From Porphyridium purpureum (Eukaryota): DNA of 64,000 nucleotides. Location of the stretch: assembly GCA_008690995.1 (NCBI GenBank), contig VRMN01000019.1, forward strand, positions 62,001 through 126,000. Direction: 5' to 3'. The position numbers and the translations under genes are program-made. Position 1 is the first letter of the stretch. Every line of letters starts with the position of its first letter. Below the pieces are notes generated by a model. It saw only the letters and a list, made by a program, of their open reading frames with translations. It had not been told where the DNA came from and made no database searches. Shown here one piece after another: positions 54,119 to 64,000 of the stretch.

Positions 54119-57100
54119 ATGAGTGATAACGGCAGCTCGTTCAGCAGCACGCGTCTGCGTTTTACGATCCATGGCGACAACGCAGAGCTGCTTCGCGCGC
54201 GCGTGCCCCAAGAGGAGGAGATGCTTCGTCGCGAGGCGCTTGCGCGAGTGGCAGAACTCGAGCTTGAAGAGCAGTACCAACTCATTTGCACGCGCGCCGT
54301 ACGTGTCAAGGGAATCAGTACCGCCACTTCGGAGCGCGAGGTGTATTTGTTGCTCACCGAGCTCTGCGGCGACATCACGTCCCTCAATTACACGCCGGGT
54401 GCCGTGCACGAACTCAATGCAGGCAAAGCCACGGTTATCTTTGAAAACGCGCAGGCAGCGTACCGCTGCTTGGCGTACAAGGGCAGCACGCAGCTTGTAC
54501 TGAATGATGCACCCCTAAGCATGAGTCGCGAGACCAACCGCAGGGCTGTTGCCCGCCATAGCCGGGCCAGAAATAGCGAGCTGATTGCTCGAGAGGTGCG
54601 CTTTGGTTGCTGGTAGGATAACGCTTTTGTGGTTCTCAAGACTGTCGAGAACTACTCGAGCACAGAACGCTCGATGACGGTGCTGCCCGTCGCTCGGACC
54701 ATGCAAATTTGGTACCAGCAGCACCCGGACCGCACCTCTCCTTCGAAGAGGAGCATCGAGGTCGGAGACACGTGGGCAAGCCTCTTGCCTATGCACCAGT
54801 CACTTCCCGTTGATCCAGTGGTAGAGTGCCAAACATTTATCCGGACCGGTTGGTGCAAGTACGGCATCAGATGCAGGCACTACCATCCCATCAATACAAA
54901 CCCCAGGGAACCAGTGCGCGGTGAATGCTTTAGCTTTGTGCAGACTGGCGTGTGCCCGTTCCGTAAGGTGTGCAGGTACAGGCACCCAGAGCGTTCCCGC
55001 AAGGACCGCTTTGTCGCACAATTGGCAGGCCCTCTTTCGTGCGAATGGGATGGAAGCGAGGAGGCGGACAGTGACTGGTGTGGGTTTAGAGTTGATCAGC
55101 TGAGCCCGGACACAGTGCCGCCGACCAAGCAGATGCGGCTGGATATCAAGCTCTCGACTGTGGAAGGGTTTATGTACCTGGACCGCATGCAAGACATATC
55201 GCGTCTAACTCTGCGGTTCAACCGCCCCCCATACGTTTTTGTAGAAGATGGCGGTGACCCCTACCTAGCTCATATGGGCGTCCAATGCGCGAAAACGCAC
55301 CCAGACGACATGAAGCTGCACAGTACGTGGTCGCGAGTGTGCAGCGAGCAGAGCGACGCAAATGTGCTTGCGCGCTGCAATGCGATCCAGCTCGTGCTGC
55401 AGCATACAAACGACCACTCCAGAGATCAGTTCAATTCTGTGCTGAGGCGCTTAGCACGCTTACACGCAAGGCCGGGAGGCGCCGACGCGTGCAAAGCCGA
55501 TGCGCGCTTTCCTCTCAAAACGCGCGAGCTGAACGAACAGGAGGCCTTGACCGCATTCAGCACACCAGCAGCGGAATGCAGCTTTAGCTTTCGGCTCCGA
55601 TACATCCTGGAGCAAATCAGGACTGCGGGCTTTGGTTGCTCCTCTGACCCGGTAGCGCGCATAGTTGCGATCGCACACGCGGCTGGACCAGCGTGGGTCG
55701 ACATTGAACGCGTGCTGCAGGACGGGCTCCCTGTGCTGCTAACGGCGGCGCGCCGCCCCAGTTATACTAGCAGCAAACTGACCACGCGAAGTAGACTCAT
55801 TTTTGAAGAGGTCGCGACAAAACTCCAGCGTACCATCGCACGCCGGAGGAGCAGCCATACCTCAGGACAGAATGACGTTGATCCCAGCTTTCCCAGTGGC
55901 TCGTCGCAGCTGTCGATGGTCTTCGTGGGTCAGATTCTCGTGACGCCAACTCGACTGCTGTGCACGTCGACTCACGACGAGCACCCTCATCGCGCATTCC
56001 GCGTGTTTATGGAGCTGACAGGCCTCAGCGTTTCAGAGGCAGAGGGATTATTTCTGCGTGTGTCGTTTGTAGATGAGAACCAGTCGAAGCTTTTGTGCAA
56101 TGGCATCCCGGGTGACGGTGACAACACCCAAACCGTGTATGCGCACTTTCGACAGGTGCTGGAGGACGGTGTTATCGTGGCCGGCCGCAAGTTTGTATTC
56201 TTGGCGTGGAGCAACAGCATGCTTAAGGAGCACGCCTGCTGGTTTGTGGCCGAGTGTGCCAAAGTGCTCGGCAAAGAAGCATTCTGCACCGCAGAACTAC
56301 TTCGAGGACGCTTGGGTGACTTTAGTGAAATCTTGGTCGTGGCAAAATGTGCTGCCCGTCTCGGCCAGTGCTTTTCTACTGCCGTTCCAACATTGACGCT
56401 TTCTTCGGATCAGATTACGCGAATAGATGATATGAAAACCGTTTGTGGCAAGTCTGCATTTTCGGACGGCGTCGGCTGTATCTCGTCCGACCTGGCAGAG
56501 CAAGTATCTGCTCAGTATCTCGAAAGAACAAGCTCACCGTCCAAGGTTACGCGCACGTTTGGAAGCCAGCCAGAGTCGCCAAGTGGTCACGCCCGTCCAC
56601 GCCTGGCACCGGCTTTTCAAATCAGGCTAGGTGGGTGCAAGGGCGTGCTTAGCGTTGATCCGAGGATGCCGCAGGGAAGCGTGTACACGCGCCCAAGTAT
56701 GATCAAGTTTGCGTCAACAGATACGACCCTCGAAGTGTGCGAAATCGCGCGATGCTTGCCAGCATGGCTGAATCGTCAGCTCATCGTACTACTGACCACT
56801 AACGGCGTATCGGATGGCGTGTTTGAGTCGATGCTCAAGACTGACCTTTCAATCATTCGTGACGCGTTCACGAACACCGCCGCCGCCGTTTCGCTTCTAT
56901 CCAACTCGGACTATTGTGGTATGGACAGAGCAGAGTTGAAGCAGCTTGTGGACGCAGGCGTCGAGTTGGTGCACGATTCTTTTTTTTTCGTCAACTTGTT
57001 GCGGCGGTGGCGCGCTCGCACCTGCAGGACATGCGCACGCGCGCGCGCATTCGCGTCCCGCACGCGCTCGTTGCCATGGGCGCAATGGACGAAACAAAGC

Positions 57101-58353
57101 TGCTGCAGTACGGCGAGCTTTTCTGCGTCCGCACTGATTTGGAACGGTTTACCGCGGGCGACGGCAACCGGGCTGGCATCGTCCCGCCTCCTGAAAAGCT
57201 TGTCACGGTTACCCGCTTTCCATGTCTGCATCCGGGCGACATTCGAACGCTGCGTGCAGTGTCTGTGGAGGAGCTTGCTAGCCGAGTCCGACAGAAGGGA
57301 ACGAGTGAACAGGCCAGGGTTCGCGAATACTTCAGCGCGCAAAGAGATGGCACGATTCTGTTGTCTTCTCACGGCTCGCGCCCGCACGCCAGCGAGATGT
57401 CTGGCGGCGACCTTCACGGCGACTTGTTCTGGCTCAGCTGGAATCCTGCACTCTTGCCACCACCTAAAAGTCGCAACATGCGTGCCATGGACTACTCGGC
57501 ACCGACTCCGAAAGAGGTTGTTGCGGATGCAAGTGCGCCAGGACGAGCGGCGTCCGGCATTCCGATTTCGCCGATCCTTGATTTCTTCATCGATTTCATG
57601 AAGAACGACAAGCTGGGCATCATTGATAGTGCGCACATGGCACATGCCGACTGGTATCTAACAGGCGCTGCGAACGCGAAGTGCAAGCAGCTGGCTGCCG
57701 TGCACTCGACCTCAGTTGATTTCCAGAAAACGGGCGTACCGGCAGAGTTTAGCAAGGAGCTGAGAGCGCATCGCGTGCCAGACTTTATGGAAAGTGCCAC
57801 GCAAGAAACATATATTTCGCAAAAGGTGCTGGGGCGAATGTTTCGCACGGTCATGAAGCTGCTGAATCAGGTGACGCATCTCGAGACCAGTTCAGAAACG
57901 CTTGTTGTTGAACGAGGTGAAAGCTTCCTTCTTCCGGACAGGGTACTCTTCGACTCGGTGGCGGCTCGCCACTACGAAGCGTGGCAGGACGACATCTTCT
58001 CATTGATGGTCAAGTACGGCGTGCGTACCGAGGGCGAGCTTCTGGGTGGGCATGTAGATCGCTTCTACAGCAATCCGTACCGAGAAAAGAGAAAATATGA
58101 CGCGCAGGAGCTGGTACGGCGCGACGTCGGAGCGGTCAAGGACAAGCACCGCGCCGAGTTTGAACGCGTTGTGGCGCAGTTTGAACCGGAACTGCAAGAC
58201 AGGATGGCGCTGCTGCTTGCTTCCGCATACTACGACGTCTCGTACCGCACGGCAGCTAGTCATGCGGCGCGCGCGGCCGCAGAAGGGCATATGTCCGCGG
58301 CGCTGCGGCCCGTTCGTGGCCTCCCATGGCTCTTCACCGATTGCCTTGTATAG
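54119..58353 (+). pseudogene. Eukaryotic RNAi-type RNA-dependent RNA polymerase with N-terminal RRM and two CCCH zinc fingers, disrupted
   Basis: RdRP motifs FLRVSFVDE, AKCAARLGQCFS, FSDGVGCIS, AFQIRLGGCKG, RPSMIKF, LNRQLI, RFPCLHPGD, SGGDLHGD and VDFQKTG. In-frame TAG at 54614-54616 and frameshift at the T9 run 56980-56988. Confidence 0.9.
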
Positions 58354-58490
58354 ATCAAGAAGAGAAACAGCCAGCGCTAGCAAGCGCGGAGCAAACGCGA
58401 AGCAAACGCGCGTGACTTGTCAAAGTAAATGCAAGTTGAGGATGTCAGATGGTCCGGCCGGCTTGTTGGCCGGCGCCAGCCGTTGCGAGC

Positions 58491-59107
58491 CTAAAGACGG
58501 ACGCGCAGGCACATCATCATCCCGACATCGAACAGCACGTGCTGCGCAGCAACCCACCAGAACGCTTCAAACGCAAAGAGCAGCCACGCCCACATAAAGC
58601 TGAGAGCAAGCAACCCGCACGCCCAGGCCGCTTGCTGTGGCTTGACAGCGGGCGACCGGTTTATGTGCGGCGGCAGCACGTTCAGCCAGAAAAGCGCGTG
58701 CACCAGACCGGAATACGTGAAGAAGGATGCCGTTCCTGCCGCGAACCACCACGCTGGCCGCGACGTGAGACGACGTGCGCCTTCCACACCGAGCTTGAGA
58801 CTGGCGCTGAAGAGCGCCGTCTCGCACACGCGTTCAGAACGGCAAAGACAACGACGCTGGGCACATGCACTTGAGCTGCGGCCGGAAGCGTGATCTTGCT
58901 GTATGCGACGGTCGTGGCCGCGCAAAGTCCCAGGCCCGCAACCAGCGCGCCACGTTGCGCGTTGCCGTCGAAAGCGGGCACGCGCCCAACCTCGTCACGC
59001 AAGTAGAGCAACGCGACCGCCGCACCAAGCGCCCAGTACGGCGCGAGGGCGTAAAGCGAGAGGCGTATGCGCGCGGCAACGACCTCACCGCAGCTCGGAC
59101 GCGGCAC
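58491..59107 (-). pseudogene. Frameshifted multi-pass membrane protein, possibly CPBP/CAAX-protease (Abi)-like
   Basis: Two hydrophobic ORFs join at about 58831 if one base is restored (FAVLN[G]VCETALF...GLVHALFW...QHVLFD). Start unclear. Confidence 0.55.
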
Positions 59108-59179
59108 GTGCAAGCGTCGCAAAGGCGGCAACTGTGAGTCGGCGGCGCTTGTGCGCGAGCGCAGAGCACGATAGCGGCG

Positions 59180-60139
59180 ATGATGCACGCGATGCAGCGA
59201 CGCGTGGTGTCCTCGGTGACCGTTTTGTCATCCAGGGCGCCGATGCCATGGGCTTGGTGGTCAGACTCAAGGCAGCACGTGCAGGATGTGTGCGGAGCGG
59301 TTGCGCAGATGTCGCGATGGATGAGTGTAGAGGTGGATGCAGAGAAGCCCGCACAGTTCAGGTTGCCACAGTTGCCGATCCCCCTGAGCCGAGCGACGTA
59401 CATGCCATCGTGCTACCCGGTGGGAGTATACACGTTTCGAGGCAAGAAGGTGTTCTGGAATGGCAGAAGGACTCGTGCATGTTGCCAGCACGACGCCTGC
59501 TCGAAACTTCGTCAAGGAGGAACCATGCTTTGCTTTGCGCACGGCGGCGGCCACCGCTGCAAGCGCGATGACTGTTCGAAAGCTGCCCAAGGCCCCGGTC
59601 AATACTGCTATTCGCACGGTGGCGGTCGCCGCTGCCAGCACGACGGCTGCACCAAATCCGCTGCCGTGGCCCCGAGCAAGCTCTGCTTGGCTCACGGAGG
59701 GGGACGCCGCTGTAAAGTCGCTGGCTGCTCAAAATCTGCTCAAAAGCCCGCCGACTTGTGCATCGCTCATGGAGGCGGGCACCGCTGCGAGCACTCGGAC
59801 TGCTCAAAGTCCGCCCGAGCTGGCTCAAAGTTTTGCAAGACGCACGGCGGTGGTCGCCGATGTGGGCACTCGAACTGCGGGAAAGCTGCCGTCGACGGTT
59901 ATCATTTTTGCTACGCGCACGGCGGAGGTCGACGCTGCGAACACGCGGGTTGTTCAAAGCTTACCCAGAGCGCCACCAACTTTTGCATTGCCCATGGTGG
60001 CGGTCGCCGCTGCAAGCAAACCGGGTGTTCAAAGTTGGCTCGACCGTTTTCGCCGTTCTGCACGACACACGCCGAGAGCAGCATCGTTGCTTACGAAATC
60101 GCTGAGGCAGAGCAACGCGGTCGCTCGCGCGCGGGTTGA
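59180..60139 (+). CDS. WRKY19-like Cys/His zinc-finger repeat protein
   Basis: Eight C-x4-C-x-K...C-x2-H units, seven of them followed by GGG(R/H)RC. True start uncertain. Confidence 0.8.
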   Translation: MMHAMQRRVVSSVTVLSSRAPMPWAWWSDSRQHVQDVCGAVAQMSRWMSVEVDAEKPAQFRLPQLPIPLSRATYMPSCYPVGVYTFRGKKVFWNGRRTRACCQHDACSKLRQGGTMLCFAHGGGHRCKRDDCSKAAQGPGQYCYSHGGGRRCQHDGCTKSAAVAPSKLCLAHGGGRRCKVAGCSKSAQKPADLCIAHGGGHRCEHSDCSKSARAGSKFCKTHGGGRRCGHSNCGKAAVDGYHFCYAHGGGRRCEHAGCSKLTQSATNFCIAHGGGRRCKQTGCSKLARPFSPFCTTHAESSIVAYEIAEAEQRGRSRAG

Positions 60140-62482
60140 CATTTTCGATATTGAGTATCTTGTGTGAGCTGGCGAAGCTTTCCAGTGCAAGCGCACGCAA
60201 AGCATCGAATTGAAGAGTAGCGGAACGCGGCGCTGGGCTTGCTGCTCGAGCGCTTCTCGGCTCGTTCTGTTCATGAAAAAGTTCCGTGTGCATGTCATTG
60301 ATATCCGTACCAGGACTTTTGAACAATGGATATAGAAAAAAAAGAGCATCGAAATGAGCACGTCAGTACATTACAGTGACAAGCAGAATGCTTCATGGAC
60401 AACGAGTGACGTGGAACCTCCGGTGAGCCGTATACCGCAGGAGTGCACGAGAACTTGCAGGCGAGTTTCCCTGGTTCGGCCTAGTCCGCCCTGTCACCTT
60501 TTTGGTTCTTCGAGGCGACCTTTCAAGTTTTCAGCACGAGTCTTCGACTACCATTTTACAGGTCAAATCATTTGTGGCTCTGCAGGTACGATGATTGCCT
60601 CTCGATACCGTGTCGTGTGCATGACTTTTTTTCGTGCTAGGCAGTGACTCATTGTTCGTTGTACCGCACAGTGAGGTTGCGGCGCAGAGAAGACAAAAGG
60701 AATTGTAGTTTGACAACCGTACTCTCACGCATGTTTAATGGGTCGATCGACCTCGAATGACTTGCAGTTCGAGCCGCTGGGCTCCATCAGCATCGTGTCG
60801 CATAGCATTCTCACTGCGTGCGAGGAACAGTTATGTGCCTTTTTGCATTCTGCACGTCGACGAATCCCCAAGAGCTATTCAAAACAGGAAAGGACGGCGA
60901 AGCTCCTTTACAATTGTGAAGGAGACAAACCGCACCACTAGGACCAAATTCGCTCGAGGATTAAAAATCCCCCGTCGAATGAATGCCACGCTACTTGCCC
61001 AAACCTTTGGCACGGCGTGCTGTCGTCTGCGGATCCCGTGCTTTGTCGCGAACTAGTCAAAGACACTTTTGCAGGCCACGTGGTTTCCATGTGCGGCCAT
61101 CCGGATCTAAAGTAGGGCTACGCAGAAATGTTCTGCACGAAGGCTGAAACGCACAAGCTTCGCAGAACATACTGTTGCCAATTCATGCAGTGGGACTCGA
61201 GCGCAAGGCCCAAATATATCCGTGAGGGCTTGGAAAGTTTGTGTTTCCCGTTTTGAAACGCTGGAATCCGCTGGCATACACCCACGTGCTCAAGGGATGA
61301 TGTTTGACACGCTCAAGAAGCTCCCAATACGCTCCTGCTGGTATAAGGCTAGCTGCTTGACGGACATGCAGCAGATGCGACGTCGTGGCAGCGCCGGATG
61401 GTGGTGCTGCATTCGTTGTCGGGCGCCGAAAGTTTGATTTGGATGTGGTTTTTGAGCTCGGAAACTTTAGCGCGCGAATGCGGACAAGATTGAACTGCCT
61501 GTGCTTCGTATAGCAAGCGAGTGCGAAGGTCCGGGCGCGTATTGAGCAGCTGCTTCATCGCCGCGTGATACGGACCAATGTCAGTCCAGCCAATTTTGAG
61601 CACAACTTGAAAGCGGCACACGTCCTGGTATCACAGCACGCTCTGGAAGCCAGTGGGATCACAGACCAGCTCGATTGGAAGCTGGAGCAGCGCGTCTAGA
61701 ATTGTCCGCCTCGACCGGAAGAACACCAAGCGCGAAAGAATACTTGAGCCACCAGCTGAGCAAAATCATTCAGCGGTAGCCAGCCGTTCGCGGTGTGGAG
61801 GCGCTAAAATTCGATCTCATACCTGTGTAATTGACGTGCCGCGCCTCAATACCATCCACAGATTAGGTGGTGTCCGGCTTCGATCACAAGCGTGCCGCGA
61901 ATCTATGTCATGTCGGCAACGAGCTGCAAGCAGCGCTCCATAAATTCCGCTGATTTTTATGTGGCGTCTGACGTCGTTGTCGAAATGCGCGCGCAGCCGA
62001 TACAGTATCTCTTCTATGTCCAGCCGAAGGGCTTGTCCTTTCCGTGCCGTCAATTCAAACGATTCTCCTTGGAACGCAGCCGAGTAGTGGGTTCGTAGAA
62101 AATTGCGTCGCCGCACGGCCGATGTTGACCACCACCAGCAGCATCTTGATGAGAATCGGCCCGCTCGTCATCCATCCTGCACTGCTTGGCAGCGACGCAT
62201 TGCGCGTACTCGCGTGGGTCGCTTATATCCACTCCCGCATCTGACACATTCTCGCGAGTACGCTCTCACCATCAACACCACGGCGACAGCTGAAGCGTGG
62301 TGCTGCCGCGCCACCGGCGCATTTGCGGCGGCAGTTCGACAGCATAGGCTTGCGCCCCGGTGTCCGCGACGCATCGCTTCCGCGCGAGCCGTGCGCACGC
62401 ACGCACACCAAGAACGAGCTGTCGAAAACACCTCTTAAGCCAGCTCGTCTGTGCGGGTGCCGTATCGATCAGGGTCTCGATC

Positions 62483-63535
62483 ATGAAGCGTACGCGTGAC
62501 GATGACGATGTGCCGGCGCATGTGCGGCGAAGTGCGCGCCTTCTATCGTGCCGTGACAACACCAGAGGGACGCCGCAACTCAGGAAGAAACGGCGCACGA
62601 GCGGCAAGCGCAGCCCAAAGACGGACGACGTGTGTCGCGGCTTGACGGCGATCGGGCTCGACGATGTACCGCTGGACGTGGTAGTCCGCATTGTGGAGCA
62701 CGCGCTCGGTGTGCGCGCCGTGGAGCCATTCGTGGGCTTTCCGTGCACGCTCATTTCGTTCGACGCAGTGCGCCTTATAGCGCCACTCGCGCTGACGTGC
62801 AGGCGAATGTACCGCGTGTTTGTGCCAGACGGACAGCACGCGAGCTTGCCACCGCTGTGCATGTCCCTTAGCGTCTCTGCCATCCGCGAGCTGCGCCTGG
62901 TGGTGGACGAAATCAAGGCGGTTCAGACCAAGCGACGGATGCACCGTGCAAGGGGGGCGAGCCAAAATGACAGCAGAAACAGCCGCTGTCACGGCAGTAT
63001 CGACTCGCCGTTGGTGCGGAGCGTGGCGCACATGGTCCACTTTCAAGGCCAGGATTTTCGAGGCGTGCCGAGATTTTTGGCATCGCTAGCTACATTTACG
63101 TGTCCGGGTCTGTGGCTGTGGTCGCCGGTTCAAATGGAGCTGGACGCGATCCGCCGCCGCGAAGTGCAGCGTGCTTTGCTTGGCACCGATGATTCGTGCT
63201 CCTCCACCCAGCGGATGTGGCTGCAAGCAATGCATGCCATCAATCCGGCGTCGCGGCACTTCCGTGCGTTCCTTTCCGCGATGACTGGCCTGAAAGAACT
63301 CCGCATGAGCGGAGCCGTGCGCTTCTTTCGCAATGCGGCCTTTCCTGCGCTCTGTATGACATGGCTTAGGCCCATGGCACAATTGGAGCACCTGGTGCTA
63401 CAGGACTTTAAAGTATGCTGCGTCGCGCGGTACCGCGCTGAAATGCCGCGCTCGCGACAGATAGATTTATACAATGTCGACGAACACGAGCACCGAGAAC
63501 TCGATACTGTAGACTCAGAAGCAGACGAAGATTGA
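62483..63535 (+). CDS. F-box-like hypothetical protein, possibly truncated or decayed at the 3' end
   Basis: Basic NLS-like stretch, LDDVPLDVVVRIVEHAL F-box-like motif and LRR-like LKELRM/LEHLVL. Downstream sequence has broken coding-like frames. Confidence 0.45.
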   Translation: MKRTRDDDDVPAHVRRSARLLSCRDNTRGTPQLRKKRRTSGKRSPKTDDVCRGLTAIGLDDVPLDVVVRIVEHALGVRAVEPFVGFPCTLISFDAVRLIAPLALTCRRMYRVFVPDGQHASLPPLCMSLSVSAIRELRLVVDEIKAVQTKRRMHRARGASQNDSRNSRCHGSIDSPLVRSVAHMVHFQGQDFRGVPRFLASLATFTCPGLWLWSPVQMELDAIRRREVQRALLGTDDSCSSTQRMWLQAMHAINPASRHFRAFLSAMTGLKELRMSGAVRFFRNAAFPALCMTWLRPMAQLEHLVLQDFKVCCVARYRAEMPRSRQIDLYNVDEHEHRELDTVDSEADED

Positions 63536-64000
63536 TTTAGCCAAAGGTCTGCATGGCCTTGCCATAGATAACGCCCAGGATGCTGAATTGTGTCCATGCA
63601 AAGACAGACCACATGTACAGCATGCCAAAAACGCTCTGCGCTGTGGTGGCCCAGTTGCCCGTGCTAGCGATTGAGACCCCGCTTGCGGAGCAGAACAGCA
63701 CATTGCTATGCCGCGTGGCGAGTAGGAGAAGCAGCATCTGTACGTACGTCGGCGCCATGTAGAGCACGACCGCGCCAAGACTGAAAACGTTTGTGGATAC
63801 CACGTTGGTATAGAGCTGCGTGGCGGCGCTGAGGGCAATCTGATCGGGCGCGTTGCTTCTCTTGAAAGCGCTTGCTCCACTTTTTGCAGCCCGTTCTTGC
63901 TGCTTGGGCTCGCCAGAGCCCGGCACTGGCACCGACACAACATCGCGTTGCTGCACCTTATCGAAAGCCGACTTGATGTAGCTAAACGCAGAGTCCAGAT

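Noticed and set aside
54613..54660. Short intron removing the RdRP TAG
   Set aside because: The nearest frame-preserving GT-AG (48 nt) ends in a weak GAG acceptor, and the skipped residues resemble conserved RDR sequence; not fully excluded without RNA data.
54629..58353. Endogenous RNA-virus polymerase
   Set aside because: Motifs are those of the cellular DxDGD double-psi-barrel RdRP, not a viral palm (GDD) polymerase.
60740..61450. Decayed protein kinase on the minus strand
   Set aside because: Only vague resemblance (QKGT*LFLA); no intact HRD or DFG motif.

Overview
Eukaryotic nuclear DNA, apparently intron-poor and gene-dense. Host is inferred to be a unicellular alga, probably a red alga (Porphyridium-like), from long single-exon ORFs and plastid proteins (Z-ISO, cpFtsY, ABC-F) with N-terminal extensions. 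GC-rich blocks of intact genes include an OCA2/P-type transporter, tandem-malectin protein, GST-like protein, ribophorin I, ABC-F, creatininase-like protein, F-box protein, Z-ISO, an iGluR-like channel, ABCG, Bud32, SETD9-like protein, type II metacaspase and cpFtsY. They alternate with gene-poor, visibly more AT-rich islands holding decayed transposons. Main highlights: (1) at about 905-1200, the C-terminal RuvC/zinc-finger end of a Fanzor2-type (eukaryotic TnpB-like) RNA-guided nuclease, followed by a multi-hairpin candidate omega-RNA and cut off upstream by a poly(A)-tailed structured element; (2) a decayed Crypton tyrosine-recombinase transposon beside a PIF/Harbinger remnant; (3) an RNAi-type RdRP with an RRM and two tandem CCCH fingers, carrying an in-frame stop, a homopolymer frameshift and DLHGD in place of DLDGD, inside a block of other broken genes. 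All family calls come from motif recognition by eye; no searches or folding programs were run.
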